NCBI GenBank assembly: GCA_963793115.1
Contig: CAWBYV010000013.1
Location: 82,611 to 146,610, forward strand
Origin: an uncultured delta proteobacterium
GTDB lineage: Bacteria; Desulfobacterota; Binatia; Binatales; Binataceae
Reading direction: 5' to 3'
Length of the DNA stretch: 64,000 nucleotides
The notes beneath the pieces were generated by a model that ran no database searches, was not told the DNA's origin, and was given only the letters and a program-made list of their open reading frames with translations. The position numbers were made by a program, and so were the translations under genes. Shown here in pieces: positions 62,832 through 64,000 of the stretch; position 1 is the first letter of the stretch; each line of letters starts with the position of its first letter.

Positions 62832-64000
62832 GCGACACGCTAAGCGGGACCGAGCTTGCGGTGTCGCCCATCGTCAGCGAGCCCGTGAGCGCACCTGCCA
62901 CCGTCGGCTTGAACGCGATCGCAATCGTGCACGTCGCATGTGCACTGACTCCGCTGGCGCAGCCGTTGCTCGTAATCGCAAAGTCGCCGCCGACGAAGAA
63001 GTTGTTAAACGACAGTGGCGCGCCAAGATTGTTGGCGACCCTCACCTGCTTCGACGCGCTGGTGGTATTCACCTTCTGATTCCCGAACGAAAGCTTAGTC
63101 GGCGAGACCGTGGCCGCGAGGATGCCGGATCCGTTCAGCGACACCTTCTGCGCGTGCGAGGCCACGTTGATCAGGAGCGTAGCCCTCTGCGAGCCGGTCG
63201 CGCTCGGCGTGAAGCTGACTCTGATACTGCATGCCGACTGCGGCGCAACTGACGGCACGCAGCTATCGGCCTCGATGAAGCCGGACTGCGAGGTCTTCGA
63301 GTTGCTGCTGATCGCGATGCTCGCGACCTTGAGCGCAGCACGGCTGTTGTTGGCAAGCACGATGGTCAGAGGCGAGCTGCTGCTTCCGATCGGCTGCGGC
63401 CCAAAAGACAACGACAACGGCGACAGACTCCAGGCCAGGCGGGGCGGTGCTGCCACGCACCGTGACCGCCGCGCTGCTGCTGTTGGCAGCGCAGGCCGGC
63501 GTCCCGCCGAAGAAGGCCTCTACCGGCAGGACTTCGGCGGTCCCGGGCGCGATAAAGCTGGCGCTTGCCACGCCGCTCAAGTTCGTAATCCCGGTATTGG
63601 TCGCGCCGTTGAAGGCAAACGTTACGTTCTGGCCCAGAGCGCAACTCTTCGGACCCAGCGTTGCAGTCGCTTTGAAGAATCTTGCGGTCTGAGCGCCAAC
63701 ATTGGCTACCGTCAGGGTGGTCGGGCCGGGCGGCGTCACGGTGACTTGGGCAGTGGTGCTGCTGGGAAGGCATCCAGGGCTTGGGCTGGGACTGCCCTCG
63801 AAAGCGGCCTGGATCGAGTAGCTTCCCGGGATGCTTGGCGCGATGAACCTGGCCGTCGCGACGGCGTTGGAGCCCGCCGACGCTACTACCTGCACACTCT
63901 GAGTAGGGAAGGTAAAGATTACTCCCTGACCAGTCCCGCAGGAGGCCGGCTTCAGTTTCGCCGAGACGGTGAACGATGCGCCACCCGGCGCCGCGACGTT
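62812..64000 (-). CDS. Large secreted Ig-like repeat + ASH domain protein (5' end outside window; frameshift ~63430)
   Basis: Repeats TLTVANV...VTFAFNG...GVASASFIAP...A.F.G...C..S...VTV, then two LSFG.Q...C.I...F.P...G..T..L domains. Confidence 0.75.

Overview
GC-rich bacterial chromosomal segment. Gene style suggests a soil Candidatus Binatota/Binataceae-type organism (inference only). About 17 otherwise intact genes are split by 1-nt indels, most likely long-read sequencing errors. The backbone is housekeeping and metabolic: Fe/B12 ABC transporter, DegT aminotransferase, purN, ppgK, malQ, pfkA, SDRs, CoA transferase, ruvX-mltG-moxR-DUF58, ABC-F. Accessory modules of interest: (1) an orphan phage-type lysis cassette (GH108 muramidase, holin-like protein, i-spanin, o-spanin) with no other phage genes, one gene away from a Sec-signalled tailspike-like protein, i.e. 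a candidate type X secretion or programmed-lysis system; (2) an XRE regulator followed by a free-standing copy of its own C-terminal domain, a SinR/SinI-like logic; (3) a TIR-HEAT gene inserted into the moxR-DUF58 operon; (4) a small islet with a GIY-YIG nuclease fused to a PUA/EVE-like domain; (5) a polyphosphate cluster with tandem TMK-like kinases, CHAD and PPGK; (6) phnA-phnY phosphonate genes behind a DUF1302 outer-membrane gene; (7) a cluster of NHL/ASH/Ig surface proteins around a GT-C glycosyltransferase. No rRNA, tRNA, CRISPR array, integrase or transposase was recognised.
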